From assembly GCA_051439505.1 (NCBI GenBank), contig JBFRWI010000002.1, forward strand, positions 32,001-96,000: a DNA stretch of 64,000 nt, read 5' to 3'. Both the position numbers and the translations under genes were made by a program. Positions 20,172-31,590 of this stretch are shown one piece after another. The stretch is from Hormoscilla sp. Its GTDB lineage: Bacteria; Cyanobacteriota; Cyanobacteriia; Cyanobacteriales; Desertifilaceae. Positions within the stretch are counted from its first letter, which is position 1. Every line of letters starts with the position of its first letter. A model generated the notes under the pieces. It was not told where the DNA came from and ran no database searches. It saw nothing but the letters and a program-made list of their open reading frames with translations.

Positions 20172-20849
20172 TTATCCTTCAGCGAGTCCAGGGGGTAAGG
20201 GTTCGCGGCAAGTTTTGTGTACCTCGGTAATGCGTGAGAATAGCCAGGGATAGGACTGACGGTAGTCCGGGATCAGGGCTAGGGGACTCAGCAGGGCCGC
20301 AGCGGCCAGATCGGCTACGCTCAGATTTGAGCCTACCAGATAGGGGCTGTCTTGCCATCGGGATTTTAGCACATCCATTGCTAAATTGAGGCGCGATCGG
20401 GCTAATTCTACTGCTGCGGGTGTAATGGAGTATTGACGAATCACTACTTGTATGACCAGTTGACTGAACCAAGAGGGGTCGATATTCTTTCCGGCACCGG
20501 CGCGGAAGTGATAGTAAACAAAACGAGTAGCAGTACCGATGCTTTCATCTAACCAGTCTTCCAGCATCTGGGCTTCCTGTTGCTGTTGCGGATCCGGTAA
20601 TGTCAGGGGCGGATCGGGGCTGTAGCTTTCCAGATATTGCCATATTCGGGTGGAGTCGGCGATCGCCTGTGGTTGACCCTCTAGTTGGGGCAATAGCACT
20701 GGCATCGTCGTCAGTCCGGTGAGGGGTTTTAGTTTGAGGACATGGAGACCAGGAGTGAGGTTTTCTACCTGGTAAGAAATTTGCTTGTAGCCTAGGGCTA
20801 GTCTGGCTTTGCGACAATAGTGCGATGTACTAAATTGCAGTAGTAGCAT
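20172..20849 (-). CDS. Glutathione S-transferase family protein
   Basis: SHYCRKARLAL, PVL, DST.I, YLVG..LSVADL. Confidence 0.88.
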   Translation of the reverse strand: MLLLQFSTSHYCRKARLALGYKQISYQVENLTPGLHVLKLKPLTGLTTMPVLLPQLEGQPQAIADSTRIWQYLESYSPDPPLTLPDPQQQQEAQMLEDWLDESIGTATRFVYYHFRAGAGKNIDPSWFSQLVIQVVIRQYSITPAAVELARSRLNLAMDVLKSRWQDSPYLVGSNLSVADLAAAALLSPLALIPDYRQSYPWLFSRITEVHKTCREPLPPGLAEG

Positions 20850-21106
20850 GGTTAATGGCCTCTTGGAAATGGCAAATAGTTAATTGTAAATTGTTTCTCG
20901 CAACAATATCTAGCTGAAAAATATCCTGGCAAAATTTTTATTAAATCTTGACATTTGGCTGGCATTTCACAATCAAAAACGGAGCAATTGTTAATTGAAA
21001 ATTGCTCCACTTTACCTTCGCTCTAGTGCTACGCTACCGCAGGCAATTAGCCCGCAAGGGCAATTTTCCATTGGCAATCGCAAATGTGAGATGATACCTT
21101 ACACAG

Positions 21107-23707
21107 TTACTTAGGACGTACAGGTTCGCGGTCCTTGTCTTTACAGAGGGAAGAATTTAGTGCCCCTTTCGGATAGGCAATCCGTTTGTGATTGAACTGT
21201 TCCCAGACTCGCACGAAAACATCCGCAACGATCGGCATTTCCTCTCGCGTTAACCCAGAATCTACCAATTGATTGTCTTGCCAACGGGCTTTGAGGATTT
21301 TATTCACCATTCCTAGGGCTTCCTGATAGGTAGCATCCTTGAGCGATCGCAGGGCGGCCTCACAGGAATCAGCCAGCATCAAAATCCCCGTTTCGCGGGA
21401 CTGAGGAATCGGACCATCGTAGCGGAAATCCGACTCCCGCACCACTATATTCGGATCTTTTTCCGCCATCTGCTTCGCCTGATAATAGAAATAGGCAATC
21501 AGCATTGTTCCTTGATGTTCTGGAATAAACGCCTCAACGGACTTAGGCAACCGATACTTGCGAGCCATTACCAGTCCTTCACTGACATGCTTTTTGATAA
21601 TCTCCGCACTCTTCCAGGGATCTTTAATTTCATCATGCTTATTGGGACCCCCCATTTGATTTTCAATGAACCCCAACGGGTCGTGCATCTTGCCGATATC
21701 ATGATACAGGGTTCCCGCCCGCACCAATTCAACATTGCCACCCAGAACTCGGGTAGCTGCTTCCGCTAGCGTTGCCACAAACAGCGTATGTTGAAATGTT
21801 CCTGGGGCTTCCGAGTTCAGGCGCTGCAACAAGGGGCGATTTGGGTTAGCTAACTCTGCCAAACGCACCGGGGTAACTAGATCGAACACGTGTTCCAAAT
21901 AGGGGCTCAAACCCAATGCTACAATGCTGCAAGCTAAACCTCCCAGACTGCGAAGCCCAGCAGCAACTAGCAAGGGCGGCCAGACCACAGGAGCAGCGGC
22001 AAGGATAATTAAGGTAACGGTCAGATAGACCACTCCTTGAGTCAATCCTACCGCTACCCCTAACAGGGCAAATTCCTCGCGCGATCGCATTCTTTCTGCC
22101 ATCAAACCGCCCAGAATACCCCCCACGACACTTGCTAGCCAATCACTGAGGCTAATTATTTCCGGGCCGATCGGCATTCCTATGGGCAACAGCAAACCCA
22201 GTAAACTGACTACTGTCACTCCCAAGGCCGAACCATAAAAACTACCCATCAACAGCCCTGTTATTGGCAAGCTAGCAGCATCCAAATTTAAGACTACTAG
22301 CAATGGCGCACTCAGACTCAGCAGCAACACTAATATCATGTCTCGCTGGCGCATTCTCGGGTGAAATTTTCGTTGCACCACCCAAAACACCCCGATCGCC
22401 CCGCTGACCAACATCCCAAACCCCAGCAACCCTTTCCAGTTTACTTGCCGCTGAGAAAGGCCAAAATAATCTATGACCACAAATTCCTCTCTGGTAATGC
22501 GATCGCCCGCCTCCACGATCGCCTCATCTTTTTGGACTGATATCACCACTGCTTCCACAGATAAAGCCGCTTGTTCTGCTTGTAACCTGGTTTTTTCTGC
22601 ATCTTCGATCAGATTTGCTTTAACCACCTGTTCTAGCAGTTCCCTCGCCCAAGAAGCTGTGGACTCTGGCACTGAGTCCTGCAGCTGTAAGGCGATCGCT
22701 TCGGCGAGGAGATTATCGGGCAATCCTTTGGGGATCCCTTGGGCCATCATTCTCCTGGTGCTTTCCTGGATGCCTTTAACTGTTTCGTTCCAAGTTGCAT
22801 CGGACAGTTCCAGTAGTTCCTCGTCATATATTGTTTCTGGATCTTTGCTCCTCTGCGTTTTAATGGAGTTTAATGACAGAGCGTAACTCTGACGCACTTG
22901 GGCTATCCGATCGAGCAATGCTTGGAACTTTTCCGACTTTTCCGACTCAAGAAGCGACTCCTTGAGCGATCGCAGTTCAAATATCGCTTGTTCTTGTTCT
23001 GTGCGGGATATTTTATCCTCTGGCGCTGCTTGGCTATTATTAGCCCCCTCCCCACCGGACAATGGAGCCGACTCTTGCTCCCTTTTGGTGGAAATAGCGT
23101 TCCCGGGAGATCCGGTCTCTGGGGATTCCTCTGTCGGGGCTTTATTTACCCCCAGCAGTACCATACGCCACTCCCACTCCTGGGCTTGACGAAGGTACTG
23201 TTGGGTCTCTAGCGAGAGCAACTTTGGTTCCACGAATGGAAATCCACCCGCCTGCTGCCGCAATTCATTTCCCCGGTCCAGAATTTCCTCTATCTTCTGG
23301 TAAACCTGTTTATTTACCACTTCATCGATCATCAAGACCGGGATTGCACCCGTGCGTTCTCGCTGGCGCTTTGCTTCCGTCGCTTGGCTATCAGGTATCT
23401 CCGCCTTCTGGGGAGCCAATATCGTCTCTGGGGCGATCGTTCCCGACGATATTTTCGGCGCGTTGTATAAGCGGTAGCCTATTGTACTCGTCAGCGACAC
23501 CACTGCTACCACCAATACCGCCCCTGGATGGGCTTGTTTTTTGCCGCTACCCCTGGTTAGTTTTGGCTTTCCTCCTGCATTTAATCCCGTCTGACTATAG
23601 TTACTGGACAGCTTCTTTTGTACTGGTTGGCGCGATCTCGGGGCTTCCGTGAAGTGGACTCGCCACCACCGATCTACCTGGCCTGTCAAATACTGAATTG
23701 TTTTCAT
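21107..23707 (-). CDS. 7TM-HD phosphohydrolase (PgpH-like c-di-AMP phosphodiesterase family)
   Basis: Large extracellular domain, 7TM region, APGTFQH, YHDIGK, EHQGT, MLADSCEAA. Confidence 0.88.
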   Translation of the reverse strand: MKTIQYLTGQVDRWWRVHFTEAPRSRQPVQKKLSSNYSQTGLNAGGKPKLTRGSGKKQAHPGAVLVVAVVSLTSTIGYRLYNAPKISSGTIAPETILAPQKAEIPDSQATEAKRQRERTGAIPVLMIDEVVNKQVYQKIEEILDRGNELRQQAGGFPFVEPKLLSLETQQYLRQAQEWEWRMVLLGVNKAPTEESPETGSPGNAISTKREQESAPLSGGEGANNSQAAPEDKISRTEQEQAIFELRSLKESLLESEKSEKFQALLDRIAQVRQSYALSLNSIKTQRSKDPETIYDEELLELSDATWNETVKGIQESTRRMMAQGIPKGLPDNLLAEAIALQLQDSVPESTASWARELLEQVVKANLIEDAEKTRLQAEQAALSVEAVVISVQKDEAIVEAGDRITREEFVVIDYFGLSQRQVNWKGLLGFGMLVSGAIGVFWVVQRKFHPRMRQRDMILVLLLSLSAPLLVVLNLDAASLPITGLLMGSFYGSALGVTVVSLLGLLLPIGMPIGPEIISLSDWLASVVGGILGGLMAERMRSREEFALLGVAVGLTQGVVYLTVTLIILAAAPVVWPPLLVAAGLRSLGGLACSIVALGLSPYLEHVFDLVTPVRLAELANPNRPLLQRLNSEAPGTFQHTLFVATLAEAATRVLGGNVELVRAGTLYHDIGKMHDPLGFIENQMGGPNKHDEIKDPWKSAEIIKKHVSEGLVMARKYRLPKSVEAFIPEHQGTMLIAYFYYQAKQMAEKDPNIVVRESDFRYDGPIPQSRETGILMLADSCEAALRSLKDATYQEALGMVNKILKARWQDNQLVDSGLTREEMPIVADVFVRVWEQFNHKRIAYPKGALNSSLCKDKDREPVRPK

Positions 23708-24222
23708 TTTAGCACCCACTTAACAGCCGCAACCTTCAATTAATGCCTTTTACCATCAAACCTTCCTGACTACACCTCCGGGATATCTTTGGATCGCGCA
23801 CGATTTAGCTAGTCGTGATTTTGGTAGCCGCCGCGCCCGAGTCAATACTGCCACCCTTCGGCTTCGCTCAGGGACCATGCGATCGGCTTTTTCTAATAGT
23901 ATCAGACTCTGTGCCGAGGGAGCCAGAACTGAGTCTTGAGTATCTAAATATCATTATCCAATCCTCCTTTTGCTTAATGATAACTCATACTGGCTTTGTC
24001 AATTTCCTGGGTTTACTCCTCATCTATTATGAACGCCTCTCCTGCTTTGATGGCAGCGAGGTCGATCATTTGCTCTAACATAGCATACTTGAGAGCCTAT
24101 TTTATTGGGGGTTATAAGCTTTTGCCCTATTAAATTGCTACGACGAACGCACCAAACCCTTGCGATCGATAGCTTCGGGAATTTTTAATATTTAATAAGA
24201 TAATTTACCAATTGCTTACTAC

Positions 24223-25134
24223 TTATGTGGTCCTCGCTGGTTGGATCCTCGGTACAGCAACAGCATTTCCCAGAGGGGATTTAGCGATCTGGGTGGGCCA
24301 ATAGACACCAGACCAAGCGGCGAATAAGTTACTAGCGAGTTGGACAATTTCCGCTCCTGAGGTGACGCCCCAGCAAGGAAGAAGGATTTTATCGCTCATC
24401 TGTGCCATCGCCATCCGCCATGAGACTGGGATACCTACAATACTATTATATGCTCCTGACATTGCTCCAGTCAGAGCTGCGACCAGTTGTGGCTGGGCCC
24501 TAGCAATTCTCAAGGCCCGCATAACAGAGAGACGAAAATCTTCTGGAGTGGTCGCAAAGCAGTATAATGCTTTGGCGATACTATTTGAGAGCACGGAACT
24601 GGCGGTTTCTAGACTAGCCCCCACTAAGAGTAAGGTTTGCACTTGCTCTAGCTCAGAGGTAAGTTCCCCGTCTGACTGGATATAGTTAATGATTTGAGGA
24701 ATGATGCTTCGGTGGTCGAATTTTTCTAGAGCTATTTGCAATAAGCAGTAGCCAATTGCTAGAGTAGCATCTTTTGTCTCCCCGACAGAACCAGATAATT
24801 GGCCAGCGGCAAGTTGATTGAGCTTCCGGCGCAGCTTTTCGGCATCTTCGTGAAAAAATAGGGCGTAGGGGAGGGTGGTGGCCGTAGCTTCGTTACCTAC
24901 TGGCATGTTTCCCTCTAGGGGACCGCCTGCAATCAAGCTTTTGCACCCACGCACGGCGTAGCTTCCCCATCCAGGTAAGAACCGTGAGAGTTGGCCGATA
25001 TCTAAATCCCACCAGTTGGCGGGTGGTGACCCCAACTGGTGCCAAGACCGGCTAGTGATGGAGATGCCTAACATTTCTCCGACAGCTGCCCCGAGGAAGG
25101 CTCCTTGAAATCGACTCTCAATGGTATAGCGCAT
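24223..25134 (-). CDS. ADP-ribosylglycohydrolase-like protein (degenerate)
   Basis: SRFQGAFLGAAVGE; ALTGAMSGAYNSIVGIP.SW; canonical TDD/DxD acidic motifs not seen. Confidence 0.7.
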   Translation of the reverse strand: MRYTIESRFQGAFLGAAVGEMLGISITSRSWHQLGSPPANWWDLDIGQLSRFLPGWGSYAVRGCKSLIAGGPLEGNMPVGNEATATTLPYALFFHEDAEKLRRKLNQLAAGQLSGSVGETKDATLAIGYCLLQIALEKFDHRSIIPQIINYIQSDGELTSELEQVQTLLLVGASLETASSVLSNSIAKALYCFATTPEDFRLSVMRALRIARAQPQLVAALTGAMSGAYNSIVGIPVSWRMAMAQMSDKILLPCWGVTSGAEIVQLASNLFAAWSGVYWPTQIAKSPLGNAVAVPRIQPARTT

Positions 25135-25242
25135 GATGATTGATTTATCAATTAAGTAGTCGTGCAAAAGTATTTTAGTATTTGTTTTTTTAGTCAACAA
25201 GCGCATAACCCTTGCACTGTAATAATTTGAAGCTCTCTGGCT

Positions 25243-25284
25243 CGAACTACGAACTACGAACTACGAACTACGAACTACGAACTA
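25243..25284. repeat. Heptamer STRR (CGAACTA)x6
   Basis: Directly visible. Confidence 0.95.
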
Positions 25285-25480
25285 TTTATTGGTGAGGTGT
25301 TCGGTAGCTGGACTGTCAAGAGGACGCGCTCCGGGTGGCCCTGGCTCCTTACTGTCTATCCTACATCCACTGGGAACGACCCTGGCCTGTAGACCGGTAG
25401 CGGTGCTAGTGTCAGGAGTCTGAGACGGAAGAACGGTGAACTTGCTATGCTGGAAGATGATATCCATCTGTATTGCCAGG

Positions 25481-26461
25481 ATGAAACCAGTTTTTGCTGC
25501 TCTTGCTGCTTGCCTGCTGACTGCTTCATTGAGTGCCTGTGCCAATAGTGAAATGGGCTCTGCCGTTGAACAATCCTTGGCCGCAGACCCCAATCTTCAG
25601 AAAAACGCCTCGACTCGGACGCCGGACGGGACCGCCACCCAATCCCCGCCTCCCGATCGGACGTCCGATCGGGACAATGTAATAGTAGAGCGCGAGCCGA
25701 TCGATACTCCGGAGCCGTTAAATCCTCCCCAGGATCCACCCGAAATTGCCGCACAGACCGCTGAGACAGTATTGAGTACCTGGTCGGACGGGGAAATACC
25801 CGAACCATTGCGTCAGTACGTGGCCGACTTGATAGAACTGGGGGTTTTAACTCCAGCAGATTTGGCACCCGATCGAACAGTGATGCGCCGGCAGTACGTC
25901 CGTTGGCTAATGTTGGCTAACAATAAAATGTATGCTCACAACCCAGGTAAACAAATTCGTCCGTCAACGTCAAAATCTGCTGAACCAGTTTTTCAGGACG
26001 TGCCCCGTACTGATCCGGACTTCCCTCTAATTCAAGGTTTAGCAGAGGCGGGTATACTGCCAAGCAGGTTAACTGGTGATGGGACAGTAGTTTTGTTTCG
26101 CCCAGATACCGCCCTTACCCGCGCCGAAATGATTCTCTGGAAAGTGCCTCTGGATATCCGTAGAGCTTTACCTACGGCTACGATCGATACGGTGAAGGAA
26201 ACCTGGGGTTTCCAAGATGCTGCTAAGATTGACCCGAAGTCGTTACGCGCAGTTTTGGCAGATTATCAGAATGGAGAGAAGGCGAATATCCGCCGGTCTT
26301 TCGGTTATACTAATTTGTTTCAGCCGACGAAAACTGTTAGCGCTATTGAGGCGGCGGCGTCTCTATGGTATTTTGGCTATCAAGGTGATGGTATATCTGC
26401 TGTGGAGGCGATCGCTATTGCTCGCAGCAAAGAACAGACGCCTACTGTCAGTGGTCAGTAG
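25481..26461 (+). CDS. S-layer homology (SLH) domain lipoprotein
   Basis: LSAC lipobox; FQDVP..DPDF..IQGLAEAG, FRPD..LTR.E. Confidence 0.82.
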   Translation: MKPVFAALAACLLTASLSACANSEMGSAVEQSLAADPNLQKNASTRTPDGTATQSPPPDRTSDRDNVIVEREPIDTPEPLNPPQDPPEIAAQTAETVLSTWSDGEIPEPLRQYVADLIELGVLTPADLAPDRTVMRRQYVRWLMLANNKMYAHNPGKQIRPSTSKSAEPVFQDVPRTDPDFPLIQGLAEAGILPSRLTGDGTVVLFRPDTALTRAEMILWKVPLDIRRALPTATIDTVKETWGFQDAAKIDPKSLRAVLADYQNGEKANIRRSFGYTNLFQPTKTVSAIEAAASLWYFGYQGDGISAVEAIAIARSKEQTPTVSGQ

Positions 26462-26578
26462 TCAGTGGTCAGTGGTTAGTGGTTAGTGGTCAGTGGTCGG
26501 TGGTCAACCCACAACTAACAACTAACAACTAGCAACTAACAACTAACAACTAGCAACTAACAATTAACAACTAACAAT
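26447..26578. repeat. Inverted heptamer STRR blocks (GTCAGTG/GTTAGTG followed by CAACTAA)
   Basis: Similar arrangement at 27057-27197. Confidence 0.85.
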
Positions 26579-26593
26579 TCACGAATAGAGAAG

Positions 26594-27058
26594 ATGCCTA
26601 AAACAGTTGCCGATGTCATGACCCGCGATCCGATCGTGGTCCAGCCTGAAACTTCTCTGAAGCAGGCTATTAAAATTATCGCAGACAGACATATTAGTGG
26701 TCTGCCGGTTGTAGATGGGGAAGGAAAATTGGTGGGGGTAATTTCCGACAGCGATCTATTATGGCAGGAAACAGGGGTAGAACCTCCTGCCTATATTATG
26801 CTGTTGGATAGCATAATTTATCTGGAAAATCCCGCTACCTATGAAAAGGACTTGCGTAAGGCGATGGGACTGACGGTTAAGGAGGTGATGAGCGATCGCC
26901 CCATAACGGTGAAACCGGATAAACCCCTGCGGGAAGCGGCCCAGATGATGCAAAAACACCACATCCATCGCTTGCCCGTACTGGACGATGCGGGTAAATT
27001 GATTGGTATTCTCACCCGTGGTGATATTATCCGCTTAATGGCGACCAGTGAAGAATAG
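26594..27058 (+). CDS. CBS domain pair protein
   Basis: TVADVMT, ISGLPVVD..GKLVGVIS..D, IHRLPV..GKLIGILTRGD. Confidence 0.92.
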   Translation: MPKTVADVMTRDPIVVQPETSLKQAIKIIADRHISGLPVVDGEGKLVGVISDSDLLWQETGVEPPAYIMLLDSIIYLENPATYEKDLRKAMGLTVKEVMSDRPITVKPDKPLREAAQMMQKHHIHRLPVLDDAGKLIGILTRGDIIRLMATSEE

Positions 27059-27198
27059 TTCGTAGTCAGTAGTCAGTAGTCAGTAGTCAGTAGTATTAGA
27101 GGTAGGTGGTCAGCGATCGAGGTTCAAACTAACAACTAACAACTAACAACTGACAACTAACAACCCACAATTAGCAATTAAAAATTAGCAATTAACAA

Positions 27199-27861
27199 AT
27201 GACAATAACTCCTGAGTCAGTGGCAAAGTTACTGAGTTCTGAAGATTACGGCGATCGCCTGCGGGGCATTAACGAACTGCGCCAAGTGGAAGAGGCGATC
27301 GCATTTGAGATGATTCAACCTTTAATTGTTGACAATAATGTGAGAATCCGCTATGCAGCAGTGAGCCAGATGGCGATTCTGGGGCAGCAAGATTTACAGA
27401 AGTCTTTGCAGATATTGCGCGATCGGCTCTTCAACGACCCGGAAATTGATGTGAAAGCAGCTGCTGCGGACGCTTTGGGCGCTCTCAAGTTAACGGAAGC
27501 TTTCAGCGACCTAGAACAAGTATACCAAAGTACTGAAGAGTGGCTACTGAAACTCAGCATCGTCGCCACTTTAGGGGAAATGGGAGACCCCCGTGCATTT
27601 GATATCCTCGCTGATGGTCTCAAATCAGAAACAGACATTGTCAAAACTGCTGCTATTAGTTCCTTGGGAGAATTAGGAGATTCCCGTGGGGTTACTCTGT
27701 TGATTCCTTTTGCTAGCAATTCAGATTGGCAAGTCCGTTACCGGGTCGTGCTAGCGCTGAACCGCTTGGGTGGCCCAGAAGCTCGGTCTATTCTAGAAAG
27801 TTTAGCAAAAGATGAAGTCGAGCAAGTTGCGACAGAAGCGAAAAAGGGTTTAGAATCATAA
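27199..27861 (+). CDS. nblB: HEAT-repeat phycobilisome degradation protein NblB
   Basis: MTITPESV..LL.SEDYGDRLRG N-terminus; PBS-lyase HEAT repeats. Confidence 0.8.
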   Translation: MTITPESVAKLLSSEDYGDRLRGINELRQVEEAIAFEMIQPLIVDNNVRIRYAAVSQMAILGQQDLQKSLQILRDRLFNDPEIDVKAAAADALGALKLTEAFSDLEQVYQSTEEWLLKLSIVATLGEMGDPRAFDILADGLKSETDIVKTAAISSLGELGDSRGVTLLIPFASNSDWQVRYRVVLALNRLGGPEARSILESLAKDEVEQVATEAKKGLES

Positions 27862-28037
27862 TCGTAATCTTCCGGTTGTAAGGCGTTATCTTCATGTGAT
27901 GCTTCAATTGGGTTTCCCGACCTGTAGCATTTTGTTGAAAAAAGTCAAGATAATTGCGGTTGAGCTTTTGAGAATAATTGTGCAATACTCGGTCTTAATT
28001 ATCTAATCCTTAGCTGACTTCCGACCGGAAATTGGTT

Positions 28038-28724
28038 ATGAGAATATTGCTGGTAGAAGACGATCCCGAACAACTAGAACCTTTGCATGCGGCATTATCC
28101 CAAGTGGGACATATTGTCGATGGGGTGGAGGAGGGAGAAACGGCTAAATGGTTGCTGTCGGAAAAAGACTACGATTTGCTAATCCTTGACTGGATGTTGC
28201 CCACGGTCAGCGGCCTAGAAGTTTGTCGCTATTACCGACAAACGGGCAAAACTGCTCCTGTATTAATGCTGACTGCTAAGGATGCTACTATAGATAAAAT
28301 TACAGGCTTAGATGCTGGTGCAGATGATTACTTAGTCAAGCCCGTGGACTTGCTGGAATTGCTGGCAAGGGTGAGGGCATTGGGCAGGCGATCGCCTTTA
28401 TGGACGGCAGATACCCTCTGCTACGAAGACCTACAATTAAATTTAACCACTCTCAAGGTCGAACGGCAGTCATCTGTCGTGCAGCTTTCGGTGCGGGAAT
28501 TTCAATTGTTAGAATATCTGATGCGCCATCCAGGACAAGTTTTAACCCGCAACCAAATAGAACAGTATCTCTGGGAATGGAGAGAAGAACCGGAAAGCAA
28601 TGCCGTTACTACCTTGGTCCGCCGACTGCGACAGCGACTACAAATCATAGGGGCGTCTTCATGGGTGGAAACTGTTTACGGCATGGGGTATCGCTGGCAA
28701 CGACCACATTCATCCTCAGTTTGA
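28038..28724 (+). CDS. OmpR-family response regulator (RppA/NrsR-like)
   Basis: MRILLVEDD, LDWMLP, GADDYLVKP, winged-helix ETVYGMGYR. Confidence 0.9.
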   Translation: MRILLVEDDPEQLEPLHAALSQVGHIVDGVEEGETAKWLLSEKDYDLLILDWMLPTVSGLEVCRYYRQTGKTAPVLMLTAKDATIDKITGLDAGADDYLVKPVDLLELLARVRALGRRSPLWTADTLCYEDLQLNLTTLKVERQSSVVQLSVREFQLLEYLMRHPGQVLTRNQIEQYLWEWREEPESNAVTTLVRRLRQRLQIIGASSWVETVYGMGYRWQRPHSSSV

Positions 28725-28730
28725 GCAACT

Positions 28731-30263
28731 ATGCAAAAATCGATCGCCCAAAAGCTGCAAAGTTTCTGGAGGCACATGCCAGTCCGGCGACGGGGCAGGT
28801 TTATTATTGCCATTCCCGTGACTTATTTCATTGCTACCCTGGCAGCAGTGTATTGCTTGAAACTAGATTTGGTAGAAGATGAAGATTTGGTACAGCACAC
28901 TCAACAAGTGCGTTTAGAAACCAAAAGTTTACTCGCGGCCTTAATTGATGCCGAAGCGGGAGTTCGAGGTTATGCCATGACCGGACGACCGGATTTTCTC
29001 GCGCCCTATAGTCAGGCGATCGCAGAAATTCCCCAATCCCTCACCCAATTGGGGCGGCTAATTTCCGACAACCCCCAACAAATTGCCAGACTGACAGAAA
29101 TTAGACAATTAACAGAAGAAACTCTCGCCATTATGGAGAAGAAATTGGCGAAGATGAATGTCTTGGTGCTACGGGGAGGCTGGAAAAAACGCGAAGGCGA
29201 ACAATCCTATTATCAATCGCCACTACAAGGGCAATTTTCTCCTAGCGAACTTTATGATTGGCTAGAACAGTGTAAAACTCTTGTGGATACAACGAGAGTA
29301 AAAATTGACAGTTTTGCCGCCGAAGAAGAACGCTTGTTAGCGGAACGCAAACAGCATTTAGAGTTCGATCGACTGCTAAGTTTTGGTGTTTTATTGGTTG
29401 CTATTATTCTGGGGCTGGCTGGAGGTATTTTTGCTCTATATCTTTTCGGTGAGTTGGAGCGAGAATTGTCCCAGGAGAGAAAATGCTTGCGCGAAACTAA
29501 TGGGAGGTTGGAGTTATCTCGAACTGAGGTAGAACTGGCCAATCAAAAACTTCAAAATGCTTACGAACAATTACAGCGCTTTACTGCTAATGCTTCCCAC
29601 GAATTGCGTTCTCCTTTGGCAGCTATTTTAAGTAACGCTCAGGTGGGATTATTAGCACCGGATAGCGATAATATTCAACCCCGACAGCGTTTGGAAAAAA
29701 TCGTCGAACTTGCCAAGTCAATGAAGACCTTGGTGGAAAATTTACTATTTTTAGCTAGGTGCGAAAGCTTGCCGGAAACTGTGGTAGAAATTGAGTTAAA
29801 ATCTTTCCTGCAAAAAATTAGCGATGAATGTCAATTGCTAGCAGCAGGAAAAAACCTTAATTGGATAGTAAATTTACCGGCTACTCCAGTTATGGCTAAA
29901 GTGGAACCGAATCTCCTACAGCAAGCTGTAGTAAACTTGCTGCAAAATGCTTGCAAATATACCCCGGATGAGGGTACAGTTGAGATAAAAATGGAGACCG
30001 ACGATGGTCAAATTGACATATTGGTCAGAGATACGGGAGTGGGAATTACCGAGGCAGATTTACCTCATATTTTTGAGCGCTTTTATCGGGTGGAAAGGCG
30101 ATCGCGCAGCGGTTTTGGTTTGGGATTGGCGATCGCCCAGCAAATTGTCAACCTCCACGACGGTCTCCTGACAGTGGAAAGCGTCTTGGGTCAGGGGTCA
30201 ACTTTTACTATCTCTCTCCCGTTGACAGCAAAAGTCAAACCCCCAAATAAGGGCCATGCGTGA
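28731..30263 (+). CDS. CHASE3 sensor histidine kinase
   Basis: Two TMs around VQHT..V....LIDAE.GVRGY; H-box ASHELRSP; HATPase boxes. Confidence 0.9.
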   Translation: MQKSIAQKLQSFWRHMPVRRRGRFIIAIPVTYFIATLAAVYCLKLDLVEDEDLVQHTQQVRLETKSLLAALIDAEAGVRGYAMTGRPDFLAPYSQAIAEIPQSLTQLGRLISDNPQQIARLTEIRQLTEETLAIMEKKLAKMNVLVLRGGWKKREGEQSYYQSPLQGQFSPSELYDWLEQCKTLVDTTRVKIDSFAAEEERLLAERKQHLEFDRLLSFGVLLVAIILGLAGGIFALYLFGELERELSQERKCLRETNGRLELSRTEVELANQKLQNAYEQLQRFTANASHELRSPLAAILSNAQVGLLAPDSDNIQPRQRLEKIVELAKSMKTLVENLLFLARCESLPETVVEIELKSFLQKISDECQLLAAGKNLNWIVNLPATPVMAKVEPNLLQQAVVNLLQNACKYTPDEGTVEIKMETDDGQIDILVRDTGVGITEADLPHIFERFYRVERRSRSGFGLGLAIAQQIVNLHDGLLTVESVLGQGSTFTISLPLTAKVKPPNKGHA

Positions 30264-30275
30264 TGATTAATCGTT

Positions 30276-31307
30276 TCAAAGGATGGGGGAACCGTTGGGG
30301 CGAGTAATGGCAGAAGCATCGAAGTCGTCATCGTCAAATTCTCCCACTACATTTACTCGTTCTCCGCGCCTCAAATTGAGGGATTGATTATCGGGTAAAT
30401 CCGCATCAACGCGAACACGACCATTGCGAGTCCGCAGCAAAAACTCATCGTTATCCACCATCCGAATAACCCGACCGGAGATAGTAGTTGCCGTTCCCGG
30501 TGCATCTGTCGTCGGAACTATGGGAGAACCGTCCGGGCGAGTAACGGCAGAAGCATCGAAGTCGCCATCGTCAAATTCTCCCACTACATTCACCCGTTCT
30601 CCGCGCCTCAAATTGAAGGATTGGTTATCGGGTAAATCCGCATCAACGAGAACTCGACCATTGCTAGTCCGCAGCAAAAACTCATCGTTATCCACCATCC
30701 GGATAACCTGACCGGAGATAGTATTTGCCGGTGCCGGTGTATCTGTGGAAATTATGGGGGAACCGTCCGGGCGAGTAATGGCAGAAGCATCGAAGTCGCC
30801 ATCGTCAAATTCTCCCACTACATTCACCCGTTCTCCTGGTTGCAGGTTGAGAGATTGGGAATCTGGTAAATCCGCATCCACCAGAATGGGACCATTATTG
30901 GTCTGAAGCAAAAACTCATCGTTATTCACTATCCGGATAACCTGACCGGAGATGGTGCTTGTGGAAAAAGTCCTGTTTCCTGGAGAAGTTAAAGGATCGC
31001 TTGTCCGATAGATCTCGCCGGTTAGACTCTCCCCTGTCACCGGATCTAAAATCATCGAACCGTCCGGTCTCGCGATCGATCGGGTATCGATTTCCCCTTT
31101 GTCAAATTCATCTACCAACACGCTGACAGATTCGCCGACTGTTAAATCCAACCCTGAAGCACGAATAGGTGAAGGATCTACAATGGCACTGCCGCCACCA
31201 AAATTGAGGACAAAATCCTCTCCATCCTCCGTGAAACCACCGACGATTCCTGTGATGATGGCTCCTGGTTGAACTCCCACTGTGGGAAATGGATTTGGGT
31301 CAATCAT
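30276..31307 (-). CDS. Protein with four tandem OB-fold (BOF/YgiW-like) repeats
   Basis: Repeated ISG.V.R.V.NDEFLL....G..LVDA....GERVNVVGEFDDGDFDA; DNA period 234-237 bp. Confidence 0.8.
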   Translation of the reverse strand: MIDPNPFPTVGVQPGAIITGIVGGFTEDGEDFVLNFGGGSAIVDPSPIRASGLDLTVGESVSVLVDEFDKGEIDTRSIARPDGSMILDPVTGESLTGEIYRTSDPLTSPGNRTFSTSTISGQVIRIVNNDEFLLQTNNGPILVDADLPDSQSLNLQPGERVNVVGEFDDGDFDASAITRPDGSPIISTDTPAPANTISGQVIRMVDNDEFLLRTSNGRVLVDADLPDNQSFNLRRGERVNVVGEFDDGDFDASAVTRPDGSPIVPTTDAPGTATTISGRVIRMVDNDEFLLRTRNGRVRVDADLPDNQSLNLRRGERVNVVGEFDDDDFDASAITRPNGSPIL

Positions 31308-31352
31308 ATTTAAGACTCCTCGAACGTGATGGTTTCACCATAAAAAAAGAAA

Positions 31353-31402
31353 GTGACATGAATGTGACACCATTTTTTTTCTGCTTGTCATTTTTCTGTC
31401 AC
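31353..31402. promoter_or_regulatory. Two divergent TGTCAC-N5-TGTCAC boxes (putative OmpR-type operator)
   Basis: GTGACAtgaatGTGACA at 31353-31369 and TGTCATttttcTGTCAC at 31386-31402. Confidence 0.6.
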
Positions 31403-31590
31403 ATTTACTTTTTATCTTCGGGATAGAGTAGGCACCGCCCACCCTTGAGGCGATCGCACTATTGCTGTAACCTGATTGCTGTCATCTCTGTAATGTGTAA
31501 AATTTTCCGGACACCTCTTGTCAGTAATATTTCGGACATATTCTTTCACTTTTCACTGGCTAAAGTAGATGTCGTTCAGGAAAGCAAATC

